A stretch of DNA of 64,000 nt from assembly GCA_002269645.1 (NCBI GenBank), contig NIVC01000749.1, forward strand, positions 1 to 64,000, read 5' to 3'. Below are positions 1 through 11,334 of this stretch, one piece after another. The position numbers and the translations under genes were made by a program. The notes below the pieces were generated by a model. The model worked only from the letters and a program-made list of their open reading frames with translations, searched no databases and was not told the DNA's origin. Within the stretch, counting starts at the first letter, position 1. Each line of letters opens with the position of its first letter. Source of the stretch: Macrostomum lignano (taxonomy: Eukaryota).

Positions 1-333
1 TGACGCCCGTTTTCATCATGGAGTGACAATCCCAGATCAATTTCAGCCCGCTTGACGCCTGGTGACATTGCCTCCATACTCGCCATTCCTCAATCCTGTG
101 GAGAACCGCGCACGCCTGCCTGAAGGCAGCATCAAAAGCCAACTGGCTCAACCACAACTGCAAGAGAGCTGGACACTCCGCCTGATGGTCATTCGCTACG
201 AGAGTGGCGAATCCTTGTCCTACAGAGGGTTGCACAGGACGCAACCCGTGAAGTAACCGTTGCAAAATGCGGAGGCTGGTACCGGCAGATGCTGAGGTTT
301 ATTCCAGCCTGACTCGACGACATCCGATGCTAA
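1..333 (+). pseudogene. 3' remnant of a Tc1/IS630-like DDE transposase
   Basis: Translates as DARFHH...LPPYSPFLNPVE (second D region and catalytic E motif), then GWYRQMLRFIP; internal stops. Same family type as the element at 39660-41861. Confidence 0.75.
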
Positions 334-420
334 AGCTTTTATTTGTTTATTTTATTGTTCTGTTTTTTTATTTTCTCAATGATAAGTAAACGACTTGTGT
401 TATAGCACTGGATATTATAT

Positions 421-579
421 TAATATAGACTGGCTGTTGAGGACTGAAATGAACTGAAACGTTTAAACGTGCTAGGTTTAAACGTGCGCCTAGTCCTCAA
501 CTGGCTGTTGAGGACTGAAATGAACTGAAACGTTTAAACGTTTCAGTTCATTTCAGTCCTCAACAGCCAGTCTATATTA
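421..579. mobile_element. Short MITE-like foldback element
   Basis: 421-469 is the exact reverse complement of 531-579, and 501-570 is a perfect 70-bp palindrome. TA-rich termini (taatatagactggc...gccagtctatatta). Confidence 0.7.
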
Positions 580-789
580 GTGTTATGGGTAGGCTGAAGC
601 GCGAACGCACAACGCGGTTTCACGTCCACAGAAACTGTCTATGGTTGAAAAAGCTTTAGCTACGAGTATATGCTTCGTGGCGGTTTCGCAGTCCGCGGAG
701 ACTGTCTATGGTTGAAACCCAAATAGAGTTTGAAGCATTCTTCTCTTGGTGGGTTGGAGAGAAAATAAGATTTAAACAGCTTGAAGGTT

Positions 790-1492
790 CGGAATTAGCC
801 ATGTTTTACTGGAATGTGTGGTGGTGTGGAGAAGACAGTAACGGCGGACGACCCAACCACACGAAAGTCGATCATTTTGGCCGAAACGCCGACTGACCCG
901 AATACGTGTCCGGTTCGTGCGATGGAGATGTACCTAGCAAAAATACCAGATGACGTCGGTTGTCTGTGGCCTAAACCGCTGGAACGAGGGTTTTCCATGG
1001 AAGGTTTCTGGTATCACAAGAGCCTTGTACTCGGCAAACACTGGCTTAATGAGTTCATGAAGAAATTGTGTGAGCTGGCGGGACTGAGCAATCGTGCGCA
1101 CACCAATCATTGCATACGCGCCTCCGTTGTAACCAACTTAATGGAGGATGGCGTCAGCGTTTCCGAGATTCAAGCCGTGACCGGTCACGAACGAGCGGAG
1201 AGCGTTGAACATTACAACAAGAGATTGAAGTTCTCCAAAAAAGTCAACCTATCCTGAGCAATCAGTGGGCGACTCTCTGGCACTGCGGAAACAAACCCTG
1301 GCATCGGCTGGTCAGAGCGCCAGCAACGCGGGAACAAGTTCGACTGCTGGATGCATCGTACTGTCACAAAATACGACTGCGTTGGGCATGCCTGGGTCAA
1401 CTGTAGCTAACCAGGGCGTATCGATTGGTGCCAACCAGGCGAGCGTTTTTGAGAACTGCAAATTTGAGAATTACACATTCAACATTATATGA
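790..1492 (+). mobile_element. Crypton-like tyrosine recombinase remnant (C-terminal catalytic part, frameshifted tail)
   Basis: ORF 814-1257 has CPV..Y, NHCIRAS (HxxR), TGH and VEHY (catalytic Tyr). The out-of-frame continuation ends FENCKFENYTFNII, resembling Crypton/KCTD1-type C-termini. Motif ctgtctatggt on the left (two copies, ~637-712) is inverted on the right (accatagacag, ~1555). Confidence 0.75.
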
Positions 1493-1799
1493 TTAGAATG
1501 ATCAAATTGATGCTCCCAGAATTAAATTGAAATCCGCTATGCCAGCGAGTGTCGACCATAGACAGAAAATTTTCAGTCTCACAAGTCTGATTTCCGTATC
1601 TATGATTAAATTGAAAGCTTGCAGTACCAACTAGGCCGCAAAAAGGAATAACAAACCAGAAGTTGCTATGGTAACTATGCTGTAGCTATATAAATTGATA
1701 GTGAGCCTCCAATACTCTAATACCGTCATGAACAGGTGTACAAGCTTACGAGTAGTCAAAGCTGATACCAAGCTAATAAAACAACAAGCTGTGAAGTAC

Positions 1800-2175
1800 C
1801 TGCAACTCGTTCGCCTGTACAATTCGCCTCATCCAGACATCTCGGTCCTCAGCAGCGAGAAACGTAGTCTTTGGATCCGAGAAACTGCTAGACAACACGT
1901 TACCCAGCGAAACGTTCTTGAATCCCTCCGACTGTCTGATGTCATCGTAGTTGGGAATGTTGATTCCAAGTGGCGGCTCGCTGCTAGCAAAAGTCACAAT
2001 CTCCAGCGCAGTGAAGTCAGGCTGCAGAAATTTGTCCTTTTCATAAGCAGCTGGCCACGGAAGCAGCGGCAGAAACTTCTCAGCGTTGGAAACGAGAGCG
2101 TTGAACTTGGCGCTCTGCTCTTTGTTCACCACGGCTACGAAGCTTTCGAATTCGCCGCGAACTCCGAATGGATCT
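1800..2175 (-). CDS. DPP3: Dipeptidyl peptidase III, copy A, exon 4
   Basis: [18 protein letters not shown]...[23 protein letters not shown]; AG acceptor at 2177-2176, GT donor at 1799-1798; 376 nt, same length as copy B exon 4. Confidence 0.9.
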
Positions 2176-3098
2176 CTGTTGTCAGTAGATGGAGCATCGA
2201 GTTATTTATTGGCATCTATTATTATCTACTTGTCTAAATTTAAGTTTCGATGGAGTTATAAAGAAGGTACCAATAGTTTGGCCAAATGGGGAGTAAAAAC
2301 GCTGTTGGAGACCAGGAGAAGTCAGCCTTGAATCCTTCCCGCCACTGTTTCACTTGTTCCGTGTGACGCTGTATCTTCTTCTTCTGCTTCGGACGTCTTC
2401 TTTACCCTCTTAGGTCCCTTGTGTTGCTTTGTTTTCTCGCGAGACCGAGCTTTCCATGAGAAACTCGGCACCCGAATCAGCAACTTCTCCCACCCTCTCT
2501 GTGGACCGACTCTCGCCCCTTATAGACTTTGATTGCTCCTAAATCCCACGATCTCCTCAATAAGCACCCGCCAACTGTACTTCCTACTCCCCTATCGTTT
2601 GCGACTTCCCCTAACACCTACCCCAATCCGAGGCTTTCGGATCGTCCGTGACTGTACTGATTCACCATGAGTCGCGGCATGATCAGAGTGAGTAGAGAGT
2701 GCGCCTGTAGCAGAGCATGGAATAGAAGTTGAGGATCAGAGTGGATGATCACCGAGTCTGAGCCGAATCCAGCCAAATAACCATAGCAGTAACAGTATTC
2801 CTAAGTAAGTCCCTGTAAGATGTGCATCACGAGAGAGCTCTGACATTTCTAGTACAGTTGGCGTCAAGAACCTTCGTCTGTTACAGACCGAGAGTCCCGT
2901 CTCGTTAGCGGGAGTTTTCACCGGATGCACTCCCGCACTGGTGACTGGTGGCGGCCACGCCTCTGGCGTGTACACCTTTAAACAACCCGGGCCCGCTGTC
3001 TAGATAATGGGATCTTGGCACTATCCAGAGGCGGACAAAGTCTAGGGGACAAGGCCTGGCGTCTGTACCTATCAGAATATTATTTGCCACGCCCGAAC

Positions 3099-3397
3099 CT
3101 GTAGGACTCGATGAAGCCCATGTAGGTCTCCACAGCCGGTCCCTTGTCGCGAATCCAGGCCCTCGACCCGGCCTTGTGCTCGTCGATGCTGCCGCCGGCG
3201 AACGAAGCCGCGTAGCGACGCAGCATCTCCGCTTGGTTGGCGTTGAGCGCGGCCGCTTCGGCGTTGCGCAGATGCGGCAGCGCCAGCGACATCAGCTCGC
3301 GGTAGTCGCCCCGCTCGACACTGAACTTGCCGCTGCGGCCGCTGGCCTCGTCGGTGAAGTCGGTCGGCTCGGCCACGACGCTCGACTCTGCCGCAGC
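3099..3397 (-). CDS. DPP3: Dipeptidyl peptidase III, copy A, exon 3
   Basis: RGDY...GSIDEHKAGSRAWIRDKGPAVETYMGFIESYR; canonical AG/GT; 299 nt; phases compatible with exons 2 and 4. Confidence 0.92.
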
Positions 3398-3696
3398 CTG
3401 ACGGATGAGTCAGAAATGAGCGATGGGGTTGCCCACTGGTTTTTAATTAGCGCGGCTCTTAAAAACAATTTCTGAATCTGAAGAGCCACAATATTTTGTA
3501 TTGATTTTATCGCCAGGTTATCGATCGCAACTCAGATACCATTCAGTATAAACACGAGCCACACTGAGCAGCTGACCGGTGAAGCGAGGCTTATGTTGTA
3601 AAGAGAATCCCATTAGAGAAAATTCGCACCTGCACGATCCGATAAGAGCCTCCGTCAGCACAATTGAACAGCCTCTAATTAATCTAAATTTCGCAC

Positions 3697-3958
3697 CTGC
3701 ACGATCCGATAAGAGCAGCCGCCTGCAGACTTGAACAGCCTCGTGTTGTAGGCGCTGATCTGCCGGCTGTCCAGAAATGCTTGCGCCAGTTTCGCGTCAG
3801 ACTCGTTGCAGTTGTCAGAGAAATAGGCGGTGATCCCGGCTGTGCCGAGGCCCAGCTGCCTGTTGCGCTCCGTGAGGCTGCTGGCAGCAGCTCGAACGCG
3901 TTGCCAGGCAACCCGGACTCGCTCGCTGGAGGCGTGCGCCTCCGAAGCCGTGATGATC
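3697..3958 (-). CDS. DPP3: Dipeptidyl peptidase III, copy A, exon 2
   Basis: IITASEAH...LGLGTAGITAYFSDNC...DAKLAQAFLDSRQISAYNTRLFK; canonical AG/GT; 262 nt. Confidence 0.92.
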
Positions 3959-4008
3959 CTGGATTTTACCAACAAAAACTAGCTAGAGTTTAACAGTTAA
4001 AGGCTAGC

Positions 4009-4277
4009 GAGCGAGAGAGGAGAGAGAGAGGAGAGAGAGAGAGGAGAGAGAGGAAGAGAGGGAAGAGAGAGAGAGAGGGAGAGAGAGAGGGAGAGAGAGA
4101 GAGGAGAGAGAGAGAGGAGAGAGAGAGGAAGAGAGGGAAGAGAGAGAGAGAGGGAGAGAGAGAGAGGGAGAGAGAGAGAGAGGAGAGAGAGAGGAGAGAG
4201 AGAGGAGAGAGAGAGGAGAGAGAGAGGAAGAGAGGGAAGAGAGTGAGAGAGGGAGAGGAAGAGAAAGAGAGAGAGAG
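4009..4277 (+). repeat. Compound (GA)n-type microsatellite in DPP3-A intron 1
   Basis: Almost pure G/A tract of ~270 bp; the homologous tract in copy B (38088-38132) is only ~45 bp. Confidence 0.95.
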
Positions 4278-4460
4278 CTCTTGGCATCCTCTGTTCTGAT
4301 GTCTATAGCCGAACTAGCAACTTTTTGCCTTTTTATCAAATTGCTCATAAGATCATACACATATATATGCAGCCAAGGTATTTCAACTCAGCGAAGACAG
4401 CAAGTCACGTGACAGCAATCTGCGCAGCCACAAATGAACGAGAACATAGATAATACTCAC

Positions 4461-4831
4461 TTGTCGAGCGCCTCCTCAGATAGATCCGGCAGAATTTTCG
4501 TGTCGCCAAATGATTTATAGTTGCCCAAGTTGCCCAGCACCTGAGTGGCGTACATGAGAAATGCGTCCCAGTCCGCATCGGAGACGCCAGCTTTGCAGGC
4601 GGCTCGCAGCTGCTCAGGCGTCTGTCGCCGGAACACCGACTGCAGCACCAGGAAGAGTCCGGGAGACTCAGCGCTGGTCTGGTGCAGGCAGATCAGGCCG
4701 CCTATCCAAGAGGCCCGGTACAGGTGATAGGCGTACGCCTTCTCAGCCTGGCTCAGCTTCTCAAATGCGGGCCCGCAGGCCAAAAAAGTCACCGGGGCGT
4801 CTGTGGGCACCGTGTAGAGAGATCGGTCCAT
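4461..4831 (-). CDS. DPP3: Dipeptidyl peptidase III, copy A, exon 1 (in-frame upstream ATG at 4990 would add 53 aa)
   Basis: MDRSLYTVPTD...YAYHLYRASWIGG...QTSAESP...NLGNYKSFGDTK; donor GTGAGT at 4460; 371 nt, as in copy B. Confidence 0.92.
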
Positions 4832-5669
4832 AACTGGCTGCTGAGTTGCTTGGAGACTCGCTGAGAACAGAGCTACTTGCTGCACTGGTTGCTGGGTGGG
4901 TAGCGAGACTGCTGCTGCTGCTGTGCTTGGCAAGGTTCCAAATCGAGAGGCGGCTGCCACAAGCGGACGAAGCGACGACTTCAAGAACATAAATAAATTG
5001 TTGAGACATTCAATAGTAATCACAAGACATGCTTTACCGTAAAATGGGAGTTGCTGAGATGCAAGGACTCAAAGAGGTTTCATTCTTTTTTATCCCAATT
5101 TTAAATCTGACAATAGTGTCCATGCAAAGCTTTTTTTATGCAGTCCACTACACTAGAAGGTATGTCATAGAGAAGCTTAAAACCTATTCACCTTAGTGTT
5201 TATAAAAAGCGAAAATAAAAAATGTTCAACAAACTTAATGGAATCGATAAGGTTTTATTACTTGGCCAGCTCAGAAACCGGGCAAACGATTTGACAACAA
5301 AAATCGAACAATAATTCGTAGAAAAAAGACTATTTCCACTTTTTGTTTGTCTTTTATAATTGTCTTCTAGCTTAACAATTAGCAGCAGTTGACGGCATTT
5401 AGGAGCAGAATTGGCAGACTGGTTACAAAGTAAGCATATTAAAAACTACAATTGGTTTACGGCAAAACGCCAAAACATACGAGTAACTACAAAGTCTATT
5501 AGTAACTTATTTTAATTTTTCTGTTTTCTTAAATCTGCCAAGTGTCACTCAGGACTATCAATTTTGAATTATAAGACTAAATCAACAGTCAATTTTAAAA
5601 TTATGATAACTATTTTGAGTTCGATCCATCAACATGGAATAAATCAGCCAGACAACCGAATCCGCGTGC

Positions 5670-6101
5670 TCAGGCCAGCTTCATGAGAGGCAGGTCCCGC
5701 TCCCACTGCTGCCACAGAGCCTCCTCGATCCTCCCCCAGTCTTCGTCGCTGAACCGGTCGCGGAATGACCGAATCATCTCGGCTGGTCCGTCCGAGTACT
5801 CAACAATGCTCACACTGCCGGATGAGTCCATGCTCAAGTTGGCCTGAATGAACACGCGCCTCGGTTTGCGCCGAGCAATCACGATGTCGCGCAGACGCTG
5901 GAAGTAGGCGTCAACGGTTGAGTAGGACTCAAAGAATGCCCGGCCGGCCTCGACACTGCAGGTGGACTTGAAGCTCTGCAGACGCTTCAGGAACTCGCCA
6001 ATGGCCGGCTTGGCCACGCTGGAGATCTTGGAGCGGTCCAGGCGGACAGTCAGGTCTGGCTTGCCGTCCTCGCCCGTGATTTCGTCAATGGTGACCAGGC
6101 C
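5670..6101 (-). CDS. DPP3: Dipeptidyl peptidase III, copy B, last exon (6)
   Basis: GLVTIDEITGEDGKPDLTVRLDRSKI...RRKPRRVFIQAN...SFRDRF; AG at 6103-6102; 144 codons including TGA. Confidence 0.92.
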   Translation of the reverse strand, partial: GLVTIDEITGEDGKPDLTVRLDRSKISSVAKPAIGEFLKRLQSFKSTCSVEAGRAFFESYSTVDAYFQRLRDIVIARRKPRRVFIQANLSMDSSGSVSIVEYSDGPAEMIRSFRDRFSDEDWGRIEEALWQQWERDLPLMKLA

Positions 6102-6395
6102 CTGGTTATTGTTCGTTTCGAATATTTATAGTTATGGTAGAAAATATCTTAAATTTTACATCTGCTCCTAGTTGAGAATATTGAGACAAATTCGCCATAG
6201 AGTGGTTTCAGAGTGGTTGCAGGTAACATAGGAAATAGGAAAGTTAAATAGGAAAGAAGTGACTCTAGCTAGACGACCCTAAAACGACGAGATATCACAG
6301 TAAAATGATTTCGGGGCCGTTGTTGAATCTGAAGCGGGCTGGAGTCGCTGGATAATCACTGATTTGCGTCCACAGATACTATTGTAAAATAACTA

Positions 6396-7143
6396 CCTTA
6401 GTGCGTCCAGAAAGTTCTTGGACACCCCTCCTATCTCTGCATCTGTTCAATCGATTTTTATAAAAATTTACACAAACAGGAACCAATATGTAATGAGTTC
6501 AGTGCTAAAGTTTCAGCTTAATCGGGTTGACAGAGCAAAAGCAATCGATCATTTACTGAGGAAGCTACGAAATTAGCAATACGATTTAAAACTCAACAAA
6601 ATGCAAAAGTTAACGAGCAAACAGTTCAAACTTCAAACTGACAAGTTCCAGAACTTCCGAAAACAGATCACCAATCGTGAAAATCTTCAGAAGAATCTTC
6701 ATTCCGTCGAATTGGCGATTCTTTTGCTGTTAAACCATCTGAGGCCGGTTCCGCGTCTCAGCATCTGAATCTGGCTATGCTGCTTACTGCTTTGTTCTTT
6801 TTTTGCTCTTTAATCTACTGGCTAAACCTTCACAGCTTGCATTATTATTAACTCAATTAAGGTATTTATCAATACTCAGCGAAAGCAGTGATATTTTGCT
6901 GATTAATTTTTAGAAAAATGAGCTGCAATGTCACCACTGGAGTCCAGATTCGATGCTCTTCAAAAATCGTTTTGCTAATTTCATAGGTTCCTCAGTAAAT
7001 GATCGATTGCTTTCGCTCTGTCAACCCGATTAAGCTGAAACTTTAGCACTGAACTCATTACATACAGGTCCATGTTTGTGTAAATTTTTATAAAAATCGC
7101 AGAGATAGGAGGGGTGTCTAAGAACTTTTTGGACGCACTAAGG
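6396..7143. mobile_element. Non-autonomous Tc1/mariner-type MITE with ~190-bp TIRs
   Basis: ccttagtgcgtccagaaagttcttggacacccc... is inverted at ...ggggtgtctaagaactttttggacgcactaagg; TA on both sides (6394-95, 7144-45). Confidence 0.85.
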
Positions 7144-7145
7144 TA

Positions 7146-7596
7146 GATGGGCCACTCAGGCATACATGCGTATTAAAACTGCTTTCTACTTTCAGTTCAG
7201 TAGCAAAGAATAATGCATAAGCTACTCTATAAAAAATAAGGCAGCTGAAATGACTTTGATAAGTTTAGAAGCCACAAGCTTGCAGGTGTAAACAACTTGC
7301 TAATTGGTTCAGCAATAATGTACATTTGCCACTCCACTGAAATGTACAGGGCAGCTTTAGGCTGGAATTCCGAGAAAGGCAATAAAAATTGGGGCGGGGC
7401 GGTGCGCGGGGGTAGTGTGGAAAGGCGCCGGTTGGAGGGTTGAGGCTGTTGGGTAGCCAATAAATGGCCAAAATAGCTAAATAGCCAATAAATAGACAAT
7501 AAATGAGCCTTGGCTATAAAATACATCAAGATGCTTCTGTTTAACTTACTACTGAACTGAAAGTAGCTTACGTGCAAATGTGCTGAGTGGCCCATC
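7146..7596. mobile_element. Second MITE (TIR GATGGGCCACTCAG), TA-flanked, abutting the previous one
   Basis: 14-bp perfect TIR plus inverted subterminal ctactttcagttcagtag; TA at 7144-45 and 7597-98. Confidence 0.75.
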
Positions 7597-8160
7597 TAGT
7601 CATTTTAGAATTTGTGGTTGCGTCTAAATTTGTCTAATTGACTCATTTATGTGACTCGACAGTTGTCTGTCTGTCGCCATACAGTCGTTTGAGTCGTTTA
7701 AACGATGAATTCGATTGGGATAAGTGCTACCTAGAAACTTAGCCCAGATGTCAAAGGCTCATTGTGGGAATTGCAGAAATACTGTGGCTCAGATGCTTTG
7801 AGTCAAAACTCATACGCTCGTAGAGGATCTGATATCTCAGGCTAGATAGCTGGCTTTCAGAGCATGGATGCTTTTTTGCTTTAAACCATTGTCCTTAAGA
7901 AATTAGTAGTGACTCTTCAAGGTCAAAACCTACATCTATATAAGCTCGAAGTTTATACAAAAAAATGTGGCAGGTGCAGATTGCTAGTTGGAATTTTAAC
8001 ATTGCATTTGCCATGCCAAAATGACATCAACTTTTTTTCAGACAAATGTCTACACAGCTAGTAAAAACAAGCTAAACCACATTGGCCTCGACACTACTGC
8101 AACAATATAAAGGTGACAGTAGAGATTACGACAGGCACTGAACAGTAAAACAAAACTCAC

Positions 8161-8580
8161 CTGTCCGGCTTCCAGCAGAGCGCGCAAAATAGCGAATCGA
8201 GCCCGACTGTGCGCCTGACGCCAGGTGCCGCCATTCTCAGGTGAGTACATCTCTAACGAGGCCACCCCGGCCCTGGCCATGCACAGCCAGTTCACGTAGA
8301 TCACCTCGTCGGCCTCTGCTTTGTCCGGATGGCCGAACACGGCCAGCACTTCGGGCACGTCGCACAGGTAAACGCCAACGCACTCGGCGCGGCACTCTTC
8401 AAAAGCCGACGCCAGATTGCTAAATTTGCCATCCCAGGTTTCGCCGACTTTGTACCAGCTGGCAACCGGCTTGCCAGTGACCAGATCTACCACCGAGCTC
8501 GGGTCGAAGTTGAACTTGCCGTCAGAGTCCTGCTTGAACAGCTTGCCGCTGCCGTGGCCAAGGAGTTCGTGCAGGCCTAC
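8161..8580 (-). CDS. DPP3: Dipeptidyl peptidase III, copy B, exon 5 (catalytic exon)
   Basis: VGLHELLGHGSGKL (M49 hexapeptide HEXXGH), EECRAEC and WRQAHSRAR; canonical splice sites; 140 codons. Confidence 0.97.
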
Positions 8581-8699
8581 CTGTTCAAATAGGCCGCAGA
8601 TAAGAGAAGTTGATGAAGCAAGTTCGCAAGAGTTAAAATTACGAGTAAAATAGACCGAACTAGACAAACTAAACGAGCAAATACATATACAAATTGTCT

Positions 8700-8968
8700 C
8701 AGTGCTCTGGTGAGGCGCTCTGATGTGCCAGAGGCCCAGGCTCGATTCCAAGTTCAGTCACATCGACTTGGGTCTCCTCGTGCAGTTAGCGCCCTTAAGT
8801 GCCGACCCCCCCCCCCCAAGCCACCGTGAAGTGTACATGCCTAACGATAAATAAAGTCAGGGCCGCTGATCAGGGGAGTTGGCGGAATGGGCAGTAATGC
8901 CTCTCACGGGTTGCAGGATAATTTCGCTTAAAGTGCATCAGGTTGCACACAACCTCTGCCTCTGGTAA
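8700..8968 (+). mobile_element. tRNA-derived SINE (family 2), diverged copy
   Basis: B-box-like ggctcgattccaag; body collinear with the SINE at 26185-26551 (gtgaagtgtacatgcctaacgata, ggcggaatgggcagtaatgcctctcac). Confidence 0.7.
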
Positions 8969-9015
8969 AAGGCTATAAATTTATACAAATTTATAGCAGA
9001 TGCAACGTGACCAAC

Positions 9016-9391
9016 CTGGACTTCAAACGACTGTGCAATACGTCGAATCCAGATATCTTTATCCTCAGCAACGAGAAACGTAGTCTTTGGATCCGAGAAA
9101 CTGCTAGACAACACGTTGCCAAGCGAAACGTTCTTGAATCCTTCAGACTGTCTGATGTCATCGTAGTTGGGAATGTTGATGCCCAGCGGTACTCCGCTAT
9201 TAGCAAAAGTCACAATCTCCAGCGCAGTGAAGTCAGGCTGCAGAAATTTGTCCTTCTCATAAGCAGCTGGCCACGGGAGCAGCGGCAGAAACTTCTCAGC
9301 GTTGGAAACGAGAGCGTTGAACTTGGCGCTCTGCTCTTTGTTCACCACGGCTACGAAGCTTTCGAATTCGCCGCGAACTCCGAATGGATCT
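9016..9391 (-). CDS. DPP3: Dipeptidyl peptidase III, copy B, exon 4
   Basis: [10 protein letters not shown]...[19 protein letters not shown]...SFEVQ; canonical AG/GT; joins in phase to VGLHELLGH. Confidence 0.95.
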
Positions 9392-9433
9392 CTGTATAGA
9401 AATTGAGAATTGTATAACTTATAATTTTTACTA

Positions 9434-9555
9434 TAGCGGATTAAGAGTTTCGGGCTCTCGACTGAAAGGTCGGGGTTCGATTCGTGACCTACTCAGGAAC
9501 AATTTATGACCTTTACTAAGACACTTAACTCTGCATTGCTTCAGTTCACCTGAAG
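9434..9555 (+). mobile_element. tRNA-derived SINE (family 1), 5' fragment
   Basis: A-box tagcggattaag, B-box ggttcgattc, then aagacacttaactctgcattgcttcagttcacc shared with the copy at 46371-46667. Confidence 0.65.
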
Positions 9556-10440
9556 AGGACTACCGGATCAAGGGCGCCCGCATCACCAACTCATTTAAGC
9601 TTTTTTTGAAGCCTGCAATAGCAGATTCAATAAGGATGCAGCAGTAGCTGTCCAAAATGCTCGGGAGGCAGCTAATCAGCTTGGCAATGACATCAAGCGT
9701 GGCTTGCGCAAGAGGCATTTGCAGTTCTGAATCTAAGTTAAACTAATTTATACATATATTTTATCAATGCAAGTGCAAACTGCTGTGTTTCTTGCTATTT
9801 TATTCAATCTAAACTACTATTCTTGGCTATGCCAGACAGTTCGAAAGTACTATACTTGTATAGAAAATATTTTGTTGGTAGAAATTTTAGGAAACTTGAG
9901 CTGAGCTACATACCGAATCGTGTGCAGTTTAAGTACAAGCTAAAGATAAAGATACTAAAGATACTACGTACATTACTTAGCAATTTGTGAAGGTTATACT
10001 CATAAAATTTAGTTTAAAATGTCTTCGTATTGTCAATTCCTACCAGAGTTTCTGGAGATAACAACTGGATGCCTACTAGGTCAGCTCTAGCCCTCTATAA
10101 TCATAATAAATAAAAATTATTATCTTTCATTTTTATTTCATACTTCATAGTCAAATTGTTTGATTATATGTCATTTGCTATTACTTTTGGCTTAATGGCA
10201 TTAGTTACATTTCTAAGCTAAATATACAGTCACATGCAAGTTATTTGTTTTTTTTATCTATTTTGTTAAAAAACCTTCTCCTTATATTTATTTACTTTTT
10301 TAACGTTTAAAGTTTCTCTTCAAATTATCCCTTTAACTTTTGCTATTCCAGACTCTCCAGACAGGTGCCTAAAAAACAGGATCTGGCCTACTATGCAAAG
10401 CAAAAGGCAAAGCGGCGCCGAGTTGCCATCCTATCAATAT

Positions 10441-11320
10441 TGTAGTGAGCCGCTAGTTTAGTGTTAGGCGTCGCACTTGGTCAGCAGTTTTCCTCGCCCT
10501 CGCCCTCGCCCTCGCCCTGGGTTGCTGTCTGCCGCTGGTCAGCTTCCCGCCTTCCCTTGTCTGCCTGTTTGCTGCCCGCTTTTCCCGTTTGCTGCCCGTT
10601 TCCTGCGCCTCTGTTCACAGCCCTCAGCTTCTCTGCTGTGGTCTGTCCTTGTTTCGTTCCAGTCCTGTTTCCTCTGTCATGTGAGCAAGTCACATGACAG
10701 ATCTTGTTTTCTTGGAGTTTTTCTTAGACTATAGACTGAACTACCCAAGTCCGGACTAGCTAGTCTGGACTAAGCTTTCTGAATACGGCCTCTTGTGCGC
10801 TTTGGGCAGAAAAGAATCCCGTGCTATAAATAGGACCCCTCCCCCTTGTTTCCGTAAAGGAGTTTCTCTAGAGTCTAAAGTTCTGAGTGTTCAGCGTCCT
10901 GTCTGACCGTTAGTCATCCGTTCTCTAAGTGTCTGAAACGCCCGTTCTGCGTCTGCGTACATTTAATTTCCTATAATTGGTCTGACTGAGACCCCTCTAA
11001 AGCCAACCCCGAGCCTACGGCAGGCTGACACAGCCCTCCAATCCACCCACCAAGCCCCCACCAGGCGAGCGAGACGCTTTAAGGATCTGCTGACGAGACG
11101 CCCTGTACGTTGAGCTGCAAATCTGCACACGGTGCTGAGTTCGTTGACTTGTTTATTTCGTTCCGACGGGAAGCTAACCTCATCGAAGGCCGAGACCATG
11201 AAGGAACTGGTGGCAGCACTACCTACGCTACTAAGAGCTAAGAATGCTTCCGATAGAAGAGGCTCGAGACTTAAGGTAAACTTAAGTGCCTAAACCGGGA
11301 AGCCAACAGCGTCTACTTCA
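10441..11320 (+). repeat. 5' LTR (880 bp)
   Basis: Begins TGTAGTGAGCCGCTAG, ends CTACTTCA; TATA-like tataaatagg near 10826; 10912-11320 nearly identical to 14723-15131. Confidence 0.85.
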
Positions 11321-11334
11321 TTGCTGAAGCAGCG

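Noticed and set aside
2240-3080. GC-richer insert in DPP3-A intron 3
   Set aside because: Probably a retroelement fragment, but no diagnostic motif, ends or TSD were found.
3997-4360. Ser/Leu-rich ORFs
   Set aside because: Translation of the GA/CT microsatellite.
11080-11200. Hammerhead ribozyme (CTGA(C/T)GA) in the LTRs and at 61173
   Set aside because: No correctly placed stem II-GAAA core could be built by eye; an Infernal search against hammerhead models would settle it.
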